Source of the DNA: an uncultured bacterium
GTDB lineage: Bacteria; Oederibacteriota; Oederibacteriia; Oederibacteriales; Oederibacteriaceae
Assembly (NCBI GenBank): GCA_965112635.1
Contig: OZ218778.1
Span: forward strand, 730,258-762,257
Reading direction: 5' to 3'
Length of the DNA: 32,000 bases
Part shown: positions 21,977-31,191 of the stretch, in pieces
How positions within the stretch are numbered: the first letter of the stretch is position 1
Layout: each line of letters starts with the position of its first letter
The notes under the pieces: model-generated
The model's database searches: none
Seen by the model: the letters and a program-made list of their open reading frames with translations, nothing else
Told to the model about the DNA's origin: nothing
Translations under genes and position numbers: made by a program

Positions 21977-22663
21977 CTACCAAATAAAAGGAATCAGTTT
22001 GTACCGCACTTTTTGGGCGTAGCTACGATAACCCGGCAGTTCATCTCGCAGCATTTTGTCCTCCAGGACTGTCCTCAAAATTAAAAGGAGGAAAATGGCG
22101 ACTCCGGCCCACAAGGCCGGGAACGAACCCAGCACCAAGGGTGCGGCCAGGTTGAAAAAGATGGCGCCCGTATAGCCCGGATGCCGGACATAGGCATACG
22201 GCCCTGTGCTCACCACCTTTTGTCCCCGGTCAGCCTGGATGCGGGCATGGCTGGAAAAAAAGGGATTGGAGGCCATAGCCCACATGGACAGGCTGTTGGA
22301 AACAACCATGACGCCAAGGCACAGCAGGACCACATAGAGAGGAAAAGGAGCGGTCCAGCCGAACCTTTTGTCCAATCCTGCCAGGACCAGATAGGCCAGG
22401 GGAAGCACGACCGCGACCAGCATGACCAGCCACCTGTCCCAGGTTTTGGCTTTTTTTCCGGCGGTCCACCGTTCCTTGACCAGTTCCGGGGACCTGGTGA
22501 AAAACCCGGTCAAAGAAACGACCAGAGCAAAATAGGCGACCGTGAACAGCCAGCCATTGAGCCAGCTCAGGGACCCGGCAGTCCCGAACAGGACCAGGCC
22601 GGCCACGAGGCAAGTCGCCACGGCCTGGAAAATAGCTTTCCCGTAATTTGTTTTTTTATTCAT
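21977..22663 (-). CDS. Isoprenylcysteine carboxyl methyltransferase (ICMT/PEMT) family membrane protein
   Basis: A 228-aa polytopic ORF. The signature is VVSTGPYAYVRHPGYTGAIFFNLAAPLVLGS...LEDKMLRDELPGYRSYAQKVRYKLIPFIW. Confidence 0.88.
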   Translation of the reverse strand: MNKKTNYGKAIFQAVATCLVAGLVLFGTAGSLSWLNGWLFTVAYFALVVSLTGFFTRSPELVKERWTAGKKAKTWDRWLVMLVAVVLPLAYLVLAGLDKRFGWTAPFPLYVVLLCLGVMVVSNSLSMWAMASNPFFSSHARIQADRGQKVVSTGPYAYVRHPGYTGAIFFNLAAPLVLGSFPALWAGVAIFLLLILRTVLEDKMLRDELPGYRSYAQKVRYKLIPFIW

Positions 22664-22763
22664 TATATGTCTCCCCTGTTAAACCATTCTAAAAACAGTT
22701 CATGTCAAAACGCTTTTTGACACAATCGCCTTGGAGCGGGAACGCAGAACAGCTGGTTCTACA

Positions 22764-22805
22764 CAAACTCTCTTGAAGGGAATCGCATTACAACAAGAGA
22801 GTTTG
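22764..22805. other. Perfect 12-bp inverted repeat with an 18-nt loop (CAAACTCTCTTG...CAAGAGAGTTTG)
   Basis: Read directly from the sequence, in the 233-bp gap between the ICMT-family and DUF4143 ATPase genes. Confidence 0.6.
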
Positions 22806-22836
22806 ACGCATTTTTACAAAGGCGATCGAAGTTCCT

Positions 22837-22894
22837 CCCGTAAAGACCTGCGGTCCACGGGATAAAAGTCCCGTAGAAACCTCTGGTCCACGGG
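22837..22894 (-). repeat. Two tandem 25-nt hairpin units directly after the ATPase stop codon
   Basis: The plus strand has CCCGTAAAGACCTGCGGTCCACGGG (22837-22861) and CCCGTAGAAACCTCTGGTCCACGGG (22870-22894). Each folds as CCCGT/ACGGG with an inner GACC/GGTC (or GGTT) helix. On the minus strand the first unit is followed by ACTTTTAT. Confidence 0.6.
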
Positions 22895-22896
22895 TT

Positions 22897-24045
22897 TTAC
22901 CGCATTATCTTTCCCGACCAAAGTTCTTCCAGAAAAATATTCCAGGGCAGTATCCGGATGTTTCCCATCTTACGGGGTTTCGCGTCCCGTGATACCAGCA
23001 GCGCCTCTTTGACGCGGTATTCTTCCTGGAATGCTCTGAGCCCCCTGGCGTGGCGGTCGTCGGCGGTTTGGGCCGCTTTAACTTCCACCACCACTTCATG
23101 GTCCCCCAGGATAAAATCCACCTCCAGCTGTGAGGCGGTCCGCCAAAAGCACACCGGGTAATCCAAGCCGCTGTAACGGCTATGGGCCCAGATTTCCTGG
23201 AAAAGGAAGTGCTCAAAGGCCTTGCCAAAGGACTCGCCCCCCTCGGAGACTTTCCCGCGTTTCAAAAGATGGCCGGCCACCCCGACATCAAAAAAGTAGA
23301 ACTTGGGCGCCTGGATGACCCTGCGTTTGGGATTTTTCCTAAAGGAGGATATCTGGGTCGCCACCAGGGTATCCTCCAGGATCTGGAAATATTCCTTTAC
23401 CGTCGGCGGGCTGATGCCGCATTCCGTGGCGATATTTTGGTAGTTGAGGATCTCCCCATTGCTGAAGGCCGCGGCTTCCAGAAAACGGGCGAAGGCGGGG
23501 ATGTTGCGGGCCAAAGCCTCGGCGGCGATCTCTTCTTTTAGATAGTCCCCCAGGTAAGCAGCCATAAGTTTTTCGGCATCCTCGACCAGGTAATGCCGCG
23601 GCAGGAGGCCGTGGTTCAAGGCTCTGGTAAGGTCAAACCCGGGTATTTCCGCGCTGACCAGGGGGTGCAGCTCGTACCTCAAGGCCCGGCCTCCCAGCAG
23701 GTTGGCCCCGGAACGTTTCAGTTTCCGGGCGCTGGAGCCGCACAGGATAAAGGAGAGATGGTGGTTGACGATCAGCCATTGGATCTCATCCAGCAAAGCC
23801 GGGCACTTTTGGACTTCATCAATGATAATGGGGGTCCCGGGAGCCGGAAGCGCGGCCAGGATCTCCTCCCTCAAAAGAGCGGGATGCCGCGACAACCGGG
23901 CGTATTCGTCTGACAGGAGGAGATCGTAGTAGGGCGCTTGGGGGAAAAACTCCTTTAACAGCGTACTTTTCCCGGTCTGCCTGGCGCCCCAAAGAAAGGC
24001 GCTTTCGTTTTTTCGTCCCTGGAAGGTCTGCAGTCGTTTAAACAT
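22897..24045 (-). CDS. AAA+ ATPase with a DUF4143 domain (AAA_14/DUF4143 family)
   Basis: A 382-aa ORF. Walker A is WGARQTGKSTLL and Walker B is PIIIDEVQKCPALLDEIQ. It also has ILCGSSARKLKRSGANLLGGRA and a C-terminal PD-(D/E)xK-like EVDFILGDHEVVVEVK. Confidence 0.9.
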   Translation of the reverse strand: MFKRLQTFQGRKNESAFLWGARQTGKSTLLKEFFPQAPYYDLLLSDEYARLSRHPALLREEILAALPAPGTPIIIDEVQKCPALLDEIQWLIVNHHLSFILCGSSARKLKRSGANLLGGRALRYELHPLVSAEIPGFDLTRALNHGLLPRHYLVEDAEKLMAAYLGDYLKEEIAAEALARNIPAFARFLEAAAFSNGEILNYQNIATECGISPPTVKEYFQILEDTLVATQISSFRKNPKRRVIQAPKFYFFDVGVAGHLLKRGKVSEGGESFGKAFEHFLFQEIWAHSRYSGLDYPVCFWRTASQLEVDFILGDHEVVVEVKAAQTADDRHARGLRAFQEEYRVKEALLVSRDAKPRKMGNIRILPWNIFLEELWSGKIMR

Positions 24046-24064
24046 AGACTTAGTTTATCATGAT

Positions 24065-24092
24065 ATTATAAACAGTCAACTTAGAATGTCAT
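24065..24092 (-). promoter_or_regulatory. Candidate promoter of the DUF4143 ATPase gene
   Basis: The minus strand has ATGACA (24087-24092), a 16-bp spacer and TATAAT (24065-24070). The predicted leader is very short (under 20 nt) and no SD is visible. Confidence 0.4.
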
Positions 24093-24345
24093 AAAGCAAG
24101 GACACCACGGACAGAGCTCTCCTAGAGGGCCCTCGGCTTCGCCAGCCTCGACGGCTAGGCTCACAATGACAATTTGAGCAGGGAATCGCTTGTTTTGCTA
24201 TATTAAATAATGAAAAACATCAAAGTGTCCAAATATGTTAAAAATAGTCAAAATATTATCAATTTTTGATGATATTTATCACTTTTTGATAGTTTTTTGT
24301 CAGTTATTGACAATTTTGAACATGTTTTTAACATAAATGAAACCT

Positions 24346-25812
24346 TCAACCTTTTATGGTAGCTAAAGGCCTTAATTTTGCCACCTTTTTGGATATGCCC
24401 AACTGGTGTACCACCTCCACAACCTCATTGACATCTTTGTAGGCCTCCGGGCTTTCCTCAGCCACAGTCCCGCTATCCCGGGCTTTTAAAAATACCCCGT
24501 ATTTTTCCATCATTTCCCTGGGGATATTATGCCCCTGCCCCAGCTTGAGGGCCGCGGTCCGGCTCATCAGCCGGCCTGCGCCGTGGCAGGTGGAACCAAA
24601 AGTCTCCTTCATAGCCAGGTCCGTGCCTTTGAGCACATAGGAGGCCCTGCCCATATCCCCGGGGATGAAGACCGGCTGGCCGACGGGCCTGTATTTGGCC
24701 GGGATCTGGCTGTTTCCCGGCCCAAAAGCCCGGGTAGCCCCTTTGCGGTGCACGCAGACCTTGCGGAGCTTCCCCTGGACCAAATGTTCCTCGATCTTGG
24801 CGCTGTTGTGGGCCACGTCATAGACGAGTTCCAGCCCCAGGTCCCGGGCTTTTCTTCCCATTACCTGGCTGAAGGTGTCCCGGACCCAGCAGGTGATGAG
24901 CTGGCGGTTGGCAAAGGCGTAATTGACCGCACAGGCCATAGCGGCCAAATAGTGGCGGCCCTCCTTTGATCTAATGGGCGCGCAGGCCAGCTGGCGGTCA
25001 GGCAAGTCAAACCCAAAATCCCCTTTTTTGCTGTTGAGGAGTTTCAAATGGTCGTCGCAGACCTGGTAACCGAACCCCCTAGAGCCGGTGTGCAGGAGAA
25101 CGGCCGCCTGACCCAAAAAAAGCCCGAAGGTTGTCGCGGCTTCTGCGTCGTAAATTTCCTCCACCACCTGTATTTCCAAAAAATGGTTGCCCGAACCCAG
25201 AGTGCCCAGCTGTTTTTTGCCCCGCTCCCTGGCCCGAAGACTCACCAGCTCCGGGTCCGCGCCAATATAGGAACCTGTTTCCTCGATGTATTCCAGATCG
25301 TCAAAATCATCCTGGCTTTGGCCAAAACCCTGCTCCACCACCCAGCCCGCGCCTAAAGCGCAGACCTTGGCCGTGTCCTGGGGCGAAAGTTTGACCTTGC
25401 CCTCAGACCCCACGCCGGTGGGGATGTTGTCGTAAAGTTTCAGGATTAGTTTTTTCAGGACATCAGCAGGAAGGTCCTTTAGGCTGAGCTGGGTCCGGAG
25501 CAGTCTCACCCCGCAATTGATGTCATAGCCCACTCCGCCCGGCGACACCACGCCCTCGTCGCAGTCCATGGCCGCCACGCCTCCGATGGGAAACCCGTAG
25601 CCCCAGTGAATGTCCGGCATGGCGTAAGAGTAACGCAGGATGCCCGGCAGATGCGCCACATGGGCCACCTGCTCCAGAGCGTTATCATGCTGCATGGCCC
25701 GCATCATGGCCTCGCTGGCCAGGATGCGTCCCGCTACTCTCATGCCGGCCTCGCTGTCCTGGGGGATCTCCCAGCAGTAGTCGTTGATCTTTTTTATCTT
25801 AACTTCCATCAA
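24346..25812 (-). CDS. rtcB: RNA-splicing ligase RtcB
   Basis: A 488-aa ORF with MPDIHWGYGFPIGGVAA, GVGYDINCGVRL, GSGNHFLEIQ, HTGSRGFG and HGAGR motifs. The first track codon is TTG; the ATG at 25809 is an equally likely start. Confidence 0.95.
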   Translation of the reverse strand: MMEVKIKKINDYCWEIPQDSEAGMRVAGRILASEAMMRAMQHDNALEQVAHVAHLPGILRYSYAMPDIHWGYGFPIGGVAAMDCDEGVVSPGGVGYDINCGVRLLRTQLSLKDLPADVLKKLILKLYDNIPTGVGSEGKVKLSPQDTAKVCALGAGWVVEQGFGQSQDDFDDLEYIEETGSYIGADPELVSLRARERGKKQLGTLGSGNHFLEIQVVEEIYDAEAATTFGLFLGQAAVLLHTGSRGFGYQVCDDHLKLLNSKKGDFGFDLPDRQLACAPIRSKEGRHYLAAMACAVNYAFANRQLITCWVRDTFSQVMGRKARDLGLELVYDVAHNSAKIEEHLVQGKLRKVCVHRKGATRAFGPGNSQIPAKYRPVGQPVFIPGDMGRASYVLKGTDLAMKETFGSTCHGAGRLMSRTAALKLGQGHNIPREMMEKYGVFLKARDSGTVAEESPEAYKDVNEVVEVVHQLGISKKVAKLRPLATIKG

Positions 25813-25836
25813 AAGCCTTTCTCCTGGAATTATTAA

Positions 25837-25864
25837 TTGTATTACCCTCTTGGCCGAATATAAT
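25837..25864 (+). promoter_or_regulatory. Candidate promoter of the 25931 membrane-protein gene
   Basis: TTGTAT (25837-25842), a 16-bp spacer and TATAAT (25859-25864), in the divergent rtcB/membrane-protein intergenic region. Confidence 0.35.
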
Positions 25865-25930
25865 AGGTCTCACACAGGAAATATCCATCCTTCTTAGAAA
25901 ATATTTTGCCGGCCAAGGAGCAATGACCTG

Positions 25931-27835
25931 ATGGGTGATCTGAAAAAATGGAGTTTTAGTTCGTTCCTCCTTATCCTGCTCCTGGCCGCGACCTTTTTCT
26001 CCCTGAGCTTCACCCTGTTCTGCAGGATGGACGCCTGGATGGATTCGGACAACGCCTCGGACGCTTTTTTGGCCAGGGAAATGCTGCATGAGCACAGCCT
26101 TCTCCCCGCGACCTGGTTCTACAGCTCCGAAATAAAGGTCCTCTCCGCCCCGCTCTTGATAGCGCCCGTCCTGCAATGGACCCACGACCTGATGCTGTCG
26201 CGCTCTCTGGCCAGTATCCTGCTCGTCCTGTTCTTGTGCTTTGTCTGGGCCGCGTACCTGAGGTCGCTGCGGCAGACCTGGTTTGCCATCGGCCTGACGC
26301 TCCTGCTTTTGCTGAGTCCCCTGTCTTCGCCGGCTGTTTTGGACAGTTTTTTTATCACGGCCAACTACGACCCCTTCATCATCTGCATCCTGCTCGTCCT
26401 GATGGCGGTCAACCGCCTGGCGGACGCCAAAAAAACTCTCCTGAACAGCCTCACCCTGGGGCTGGTCCTCTTGCTGTCCTATCTGCTGGGCCTGTCCGGG
26501 CCGCGCTTCCTGGCCTGCCTGTTCCTTCCGCTTCTTATGACCGAACTGCTCCTGAACTTGTTTCGCCAAAAGCACCTGTTCTCCAAAAATATCGTCCTCA
26601 GCCTGGCCCTGGTCCTGCTGTGCGGCCTGGGCTACCTGCACACCAGATCTTTGGCGGCCTCAGGCGTCCTGCACTACTCGGATTATTCCTCCATCAGGAT
26701 GGCGGGCTGGGCAGACCTCCCGCTACGCCTCCTCCGGGCTTGCAGCGCCATGCTGGTCTTGGCCGGCGGGCTTCGCCCGGTCCCGTTGGCCAGCCTGGCC
26801 GGGCTGGCCACGCTTTATCAGGCCCTGTTCTTCTTTTTCCTTTGTTTTGCCGCTGTTTCCGCGGTGTTCCGGTGGAAAACCCGTTCAGAAAGGCAAAAGC
26901 GCCTGGTCCTGTTTTTCTGGACAGCCGCGGCCATCAACTTTGGCTATATCGTGCTTTCAGCCATCCGCATTTCCGAACGCTACCATCTCCTGACCCTGGT
27001 CTTTATGTTCCTCCTGTTGCCCCTGCTCCTGGACACGGCCCCCCAGCGTCCTTTCCCCAAGGCCGTTCTCTTCCTTTTGATCATCCTGGAGGTCCTCGCG
27101 GTCCAATACCAGGTCATGGTCAGGGAAAGTTATCTCAAACCAGCCCAGGTGGACCAGCGCCGGGTCGTCGATTATCTGGAGAAGAACGGCTACACCTTCG
27201 GCTATGCCACTTACTGGCACGCGGGCCTCTTGTCCCTGCTGTCCAACGGACAGGTGGAGATAGCCCACATCCACGGAGCGCTTTTTTCGGCGCCGGCGCT
27301 CTGGCTGACCCCCAGCCGCTATTACGACCGCAACTACCATCCCGGCCGGACTTTCCTCCTGCTCACCTCAGACGAGGCCGCCCGGGCTCCGGAAACTCTT
27401 TTATGGGGTTCGGTGAAGCAGGCTGAGGTGGCCGGCTATGTGATCTACGGCTGGGAGAACAATCCCTTTGATTTTTTGCTTTTTTTTCCCTGGGAACACA
27501 GGGACCTGGACTTGGCCCATCTGCCCCGGCAGGGAGGAAAAACGAACAAGGACGGCTCCCTACTGCTCCAGCCCGGAGAGCGTGTCTACGGGCCGTTCTG
27601 GACGCTGTCGCCTGGAAAATATTTGCTCAAGCTGGGGTTCAAGGCCGGCCAAAAGATCAAAGCAAGGGTTTTGGTCTGCTCCGGAGAAGATCTGATAACC
27701 CAGGCCGTGGTCTCCCGCGATACGGCGATCCCTTTCAGCCTGGCCCAAAGCACGCCCAGCCTGGACTTCCCGGTTTACAACCCTGGCCCCGGTCCCTTGA
27801 CCGTCCGAGCCATGTCCCTGGAAGCCGTGAAGTAA
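25931..27835 (+). CDS. Polytopic membrane protein, possibly a GT-C-fold glycosyltransferase, with a C-terminal soluble domain
   Basis: A 634-aa ORF with at least 10 hydrophobic segments. An acidic first loop (RMDAWMDSDNASDAF) follows TM1, as in GT-C enzymes. The last ~170 aa are hydrophilic. The family assignment is tentative. Confidence 0.75.
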   Translation: MGDLKKWSFSSFLLILLLAATFFSLSFTLFCRMDAWMDSDNASDAFLAREMLHEHSLLPATWFYSSEIKVLSAPLLIAPVLQWTHDLMLSRSLASILLVLFLCFVWAAYLRSLRQTWFAIGLTLLLLLSPLSSPAVLDSFFITANYDPFIICILLVLMAVNRLADAKKTLLNSLTLGLVLLLSYLLGLSGPRFLACLFLPLLMTELLLNLFRQKHLFSKNIVLSLALVLLCGLGYLHTRSLAASGVLHYSDYSSIRMAGWADLPLRLLRACSAMLVLAGGLRPVPLASLAGLATLYQALFFFFLCFAAVSAVFRWKTRSERQKRLVLFFWTAAAINFGYIVLSAIRISERYHLLTLVFMFLLLPLLLDTAPQRPFPKAVLFLLIILEVLAVQYQVMVRESYLKPAQVDQRRVVDYLEKNGYTFGYATYWHAGLLSLLSNGQVEIAHIHGALFSAPALWLTPSRYYDRNYHPGRTFLLLTSDEAARAPETLLWGSVKQAEVAGYVIYGWENNPFDFLLFFPWEHRDLDLAHLPRQGGKTNKDGSLLLQPGERVYGPFWTLSPGKYLLKLGFKAGQKIKARVLVCSGEDLITQAVVSRDTAIPFSLAQSTPSLDFPVYNPGPGPLTVRAMSLEAVK

Positions 27836-27846
27836 CCTTGGCCGGA

Positions 27847-30354
27847 TCAGCGCAGGTTTTTCAACAAATATTCGCCGCTCAGGCGGACATTCCAGTACGG
27901 ACTCGCCAGACAAAGCTTGATCTCCTGTTTCAGCGAGGCCAAAGGCGGATGTATCCTGGCCAGGGCTTTGGCCGCGGGCAGGCTCAGCGACCAGTTCAAC
28001 AGCAGAGGTTTTAGGGACGCTACAGCCGGCCCGGCCTCCGGCCCGATATTGCCCAGGGCCATGACGCAGCTGGACAGCAGCCGGCCGTCGCTCATGGCCT
28101 CTATAAGCACAGGCACAGCCGGTTTGGCCGCGGCCCCCATTTTGCCCACGCTATAAACCGCCATGTTTTTGAGGTCGTACGACCTTCCCGGCCTCTGGAT
28201 GATCTTTTCCAGCAGGCCCAGGCTGTTCCTGGCTCCGCCGGCCATCCGCGAGAGCGCGTAGACCGGCATGAGTGAACTTTCCTCGTCCGAATCCCTCAGC
28301 CCTTGCACGAGCCCGGGAATATTTTTTTCTCCCCCGCGGGCCAGAAGTGCCGCCGCGCCGCATTGCCGCCTCCAGTCCGCGTCGGTCAAATGAACGAGGG
28401 CTCCTGCCGCACCGGCCCCCTCTTTTTTGATCACGGCTTCGCTCTGGCTGAGCTCGCGGTCCAGCTCCAGGCTGGCGCTGCCCGGGACAGCCCTATGGCC
28501 CAGGTCAAAGCAAAGATAATCTTCTCCGCTCAAGACCCCGGCCTCCGGCACGATCCAGCGGCTGAAAAATTCCGCGGACTCCGGGCACAGGACGGTCCGG
28601 TGCAGGACGATGTACCTGACCTTGTTCCGGCTGAGGAACTCCCTCCATTGGCCGACCTCCGCCCTTTCCGGCGGGAAAGAGCCCGGCACCTTTTGGCGCT
28701 GATCGAGATCGTTGAGCACCCAGTCCGCGGCCAGGGCCTCTCCGGTCCGGCGCGGTATCCTGGACACATAACCGCTGATGATATTTTTCTGGTGCACGAT
28801 CTGGTAGGTCTGCCCTGAGACCTTCATGTATTTTCCGTAAAGAAGCATGCCGTCCTTGGCCATAAAGGGAATTTCCAGCACCGTGCACGGCTCCGGGTCG
28901 CGGGCCATGACCCTGTAAATATCGGGGATAGGGGGATATTGGTACAGCGGCAAAGGAAAGCACAAAAACTCGAACAAAAGGCCGGCCGCCGCCAGGGACC
29001 CGGCCAGCCAGGACCAGATACGCCGCCCTGCCAAAACCTCTTTCCAGCGGTCCCAGCAAAAACCCAGCGTCAGGCCCAGGCCGAGCATGGCCAGGACCAT
29101 GAGCCTGGCGGGAACATGGAAATTCTTTATCACCGGCAGGTACTGCGTCAGCAGGAAAGGTAGGGGCAGGGGCAGGCCGAGCACGGTCACCAGGCTGGCG
29201 TTGGCCCGGAGCGCCGGCCCTAAACTGAAGATGAGAAAAAATAAAAAAGCCGCCAGCCACATCCCGGCCTCTTTGCGCCTGAAAGCTTTTATAAAAAACC
29301 CGGAAACCAGCAGGGCCGCGCAGGTCCAGCCCAGGAAAACCGTGTTCTCGTAGGAGTAGAACGCAGAGTCCCCGGAAAAAAACCTGTGGAAAACCGGATG
29401 CAGGAACGAGGGAGTGAAGAGGGCGGTCAGGTCGGCAGAGTTGCGGCTGCAGACGGCGTAGTTGGATTGGAAATGCCGGACCAGGTCCTGCAGCGGCAAA
29501 CCGCCTCCCAGATAGCGGCCGAACTGACGCAGGTCCGTGGACAGGCTGGAGCCGTTGTAGCTATAGACATTGGAATCCATGGATAAAACCGCGGATAGGA
29601 ACGGAGCAAGCAAAACCAGGAATGGAAGGGACAAAGCCAGCGCCTGCGCCCAGCCAAAGGCAGGGACCTTGTCCCTGGGCCGGTCATGAAAAATGAAAAG
29701 GAGCAGGCCGAGGCCCAGGCACCAGAACACGCTGACTTGCTCCGCCCACGCCTGCAGGCCCAAAAAAACAGAGGCCCACAGGGCGTCTAGCCGCCTTCTT
29801 TTCCGGAAATACCTCGTCAGGAACAAAAGGAAGAACGGGACCGCTTCGGTGCTGACGATGGCCAGGTGCCCCGCGGAAATATATCCCATCCGCACCGGAG
29901 CGAACCCGAAAACAAAACCAGCCAGAAGGCCAGCTAGAAAACTCAGCCCGTATTCCCGGGCCAGCATGTACGCGCCCCAGGCTGAAAAACAGAACGAGAC
30001 CAGATACCCCGCGTTGAAAGCCCGCAAGAGCCCCAGCCAAGGCTGGAGCAGGGTCTGGTAAACGCCGTGCAAAGGAATGGAACCGTCATAGGCCAGGCTC
30101 GCGCCGTAGGGATAAAAGAGCATGCTGGTGTGGAACGGGTTGGTCCCGTGCCCCAGCGCATAAGCGAAGTGCCAGGCCTCCCAGACGATCAGCTCCGTGT
30201 CCCCGCCGAAATTCCATCCGCCGGGAACGCGGGTATCAAAATGCTGGAACCAGGGCCAGGTATAGAGAGCGGTCAGCAGGATGAACAGGCCCAGGGCCAG
30301 GAAAGACTCTCTGGTCCTGTGTCCTGTATCCCGGTTGATGGTCTTTTTTTTCAT
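27847..30354 (-). CDS. Polytopic membrane protein (GT-C/YfhO-like N-terminal region) fused to C-terminal HEAT-like repeats
   Basis: An 835-aa ORF. About 500 aa of TM-rich sequence begins ALYTWPWFQHFDTRVPGG...DTELIVWEAWHFAYAL. The C-terminus has HEAT/PBS-like units (IPGLVQGLRDSDEESSLMPVYALSRMAG, AVPVLIEAMSDGRLLSSCVMALGNIGPEAGPAV). Confidence 0.82.
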   Translation of the reverse strand: MKKKTINRDTGHRTRESFLALGLFILLTALYTWPWFQHFDTRVPGGWNFGGDTELIVWEAWHFAYALGHGTNPFHTSMLFYPYGASLAYDGSIPLHGVYQTLLQPWLGLLRAFNAGYLVSFCFSAWGAYMLAREYGLSFLAGLLAGFVFGFAPVRMGYISAGHLAIVSTEAVPFFLLFLTRYFRKRRRLDALWASVFLGLQAWAEQVSVFWCLGLGLLLFIFHDRPRDKVPAFGWAQALALSLPFLVLLAPFLSAVLSMDSNVYSYNGSSLSTDLRQFGRYLGGGLPLQDLVRHFQSNYAVCSRNSADLTALFTPSFLHPVFHRFFSGDSAFYSYENTVFLGWTCAALLVSGFFIKAFRRKEAGMWLAAFLFFLIFSLGPALRANASLVTVLGLPLPLPFLLTQYLPVIKNFHVPARLMVLAMLGLGLTLGFCWDRWKEVLAGRRIWSWLAGSLAAAGLLFEFLCFPLPLYQYPPIPDIYRVMARDPEPCTVLEIPFMAKDGMLLYGKYMKVSGQTYQIVHQKNIISGYVSRIPRRTGEALAADWVLNDLDQRQKVPGSFPPERAEVGQWREFLSRNKVRYIVLHRTVLCPESAEFFSRWIVPEAGVLSGEDYLCFDLGHRAVPGSASLELDRELSQSEAVIKKEGAGAAGALVHLTDADWRRQCGAAALLARGGEKNIPGLVQGLRDSDEESSLMPVYALSRMAGGARNSLGLLEKIIQRPGRSYDLKNMAVYSVGKMGAAAKPAVPVLIEAMSDGRLLSSCVMALGNIGPEAGPAVASLKPLLLNWSLSLPAAKALARIHPPLASLKQEIKLCLASPYWNVRLSGEYLLKNLR

Positions 30355-30408
30355 GTTTGTGTTTCCTTAAGAAAGAAATCTCCCCGTTAAAAAGGAAAAG
30401 GCAGCCGC

Positions 30409-31167
30409 TTAAAATCTCCACGCTTGGAGTTTTTCCATGAACCCGTGGTCCGTCAGGTCGTAGTGGAGAGGGGTGATGGACACAAAACCCTTTTGCAGGG
30501 CGTTCATGTCGCTCCCCTCGGGCTCCTGCAGGCTGAGCTGTTCGGCGGTCAGCCAGTAATAGACCCCGCCCTTGGGGTCCCGGCGTTTGAGGTAAGTATC
30601 GGTGTACTTGAATTTCCCCTGGCGGGTCACGCGGATGCCTTGGATACGGGAAAGGGGCTTGTCGGGCACGTTGACGTTCAAAAGGATATTGGAGGGCAAA
30701 CCGTATTTTTTGATCTTCTCGATGATCCGGCCGGCGATCACGCCGGCTGTCCCGTAATGCGCCGGTTTTTTGGTCTTGTTCCAGATCGAAACGGCCATGG
30801 CGGGAACACCCATGATATTGCCTTCGATGGCCGCGGAGACCGTGCCAGAATACAGGACATTGGTTCCAGTGTTGTGGCCCGGGTTGATGCCGGACACGAC
30901 CAGGTCCGGCTTGTGCCGGAGCAGGGCCTTGACCGAAAGTTTGACGCAGTCAGCCGGGGTGCCGTTGACGCTAAAACCGAAAAATCTTCCCTTTATCCTG
31001 ACCGGGGTCACCCGCAGAGGATCGAGCACGGTCAGGGAGTGGCCGGATGCGCTTTTTTCCGCTTCCGGCGCGACCACGTCGACCTGGGCCTTTTTCTGCA
31101 GGGCTTTTTTGAGGACCCTTAAACCTTCGCCTTGGATGCCGTCGTCGTTGGTCAGAAGGATCCTCAT
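30409..31167 (-). CDS. surE: 5'/3'-nucleotidase SurE
   Basis: A 252-aa ORF with the MRILLTNDDGIQGEGL N-terminal signature, GINPGHNTGTNVLYSGTVSAAIEG, and the rest of the SurE layout. Confidence 0.95.
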   Translation of the reverse strand: MRILLTNDDGIQGEGLRVLKKALQKKAQVDVVAPEAEKSASGHSLTVLDPLRVTPVRIKGRFFGFSVNGTPADCVKLSVKALLRHKPDLVVSGINPGHNTGTNVLYSGTVSAAIEGNIMGVPAMAVSIWNKTKKPAHYGTAGVIAGRIIEKIKKYGLPSNILLNVNVPDKPLSRIQGIRVTRQGKFKYTDTYLKRRDPKGGVYYWLTAEQLSLQEPEGSDMNALQKGFVSITPLHYDLTDHGFMEKLQAWRF

Positions 31168-31191
31168 TTTTTTTGTCCTATCTCCGCTTGG

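Noticed and set aside
22837-22894. Possible mini CRISPR array (two 25-nt repeats)
   Set aside because: There are only two copies, with an 8-nt spacer, and no cas genes. The units fold as hairpins right after a stop codon, so they are more likely terminator or structural repeats.
25799-26641. A 280-aa minus-strand ORF rich in Q/E/G/D
   Set aside because: It is antisense to the TM-rich 25931..27835 gene and has low-complexity composition typical of a shadow ORF in GC-rich DNA. It has no SD and would overlap the rtcB start.
26176-27426. A 416-aa plus-strand ORF rich in P/G/R
   Set aside because: It is an alternative frame of the 634-aa membrane-protein gene. Its composition (Pro/Arg/Gly runs) is characteristic of an off-frame read of GC-rich coding sequence.
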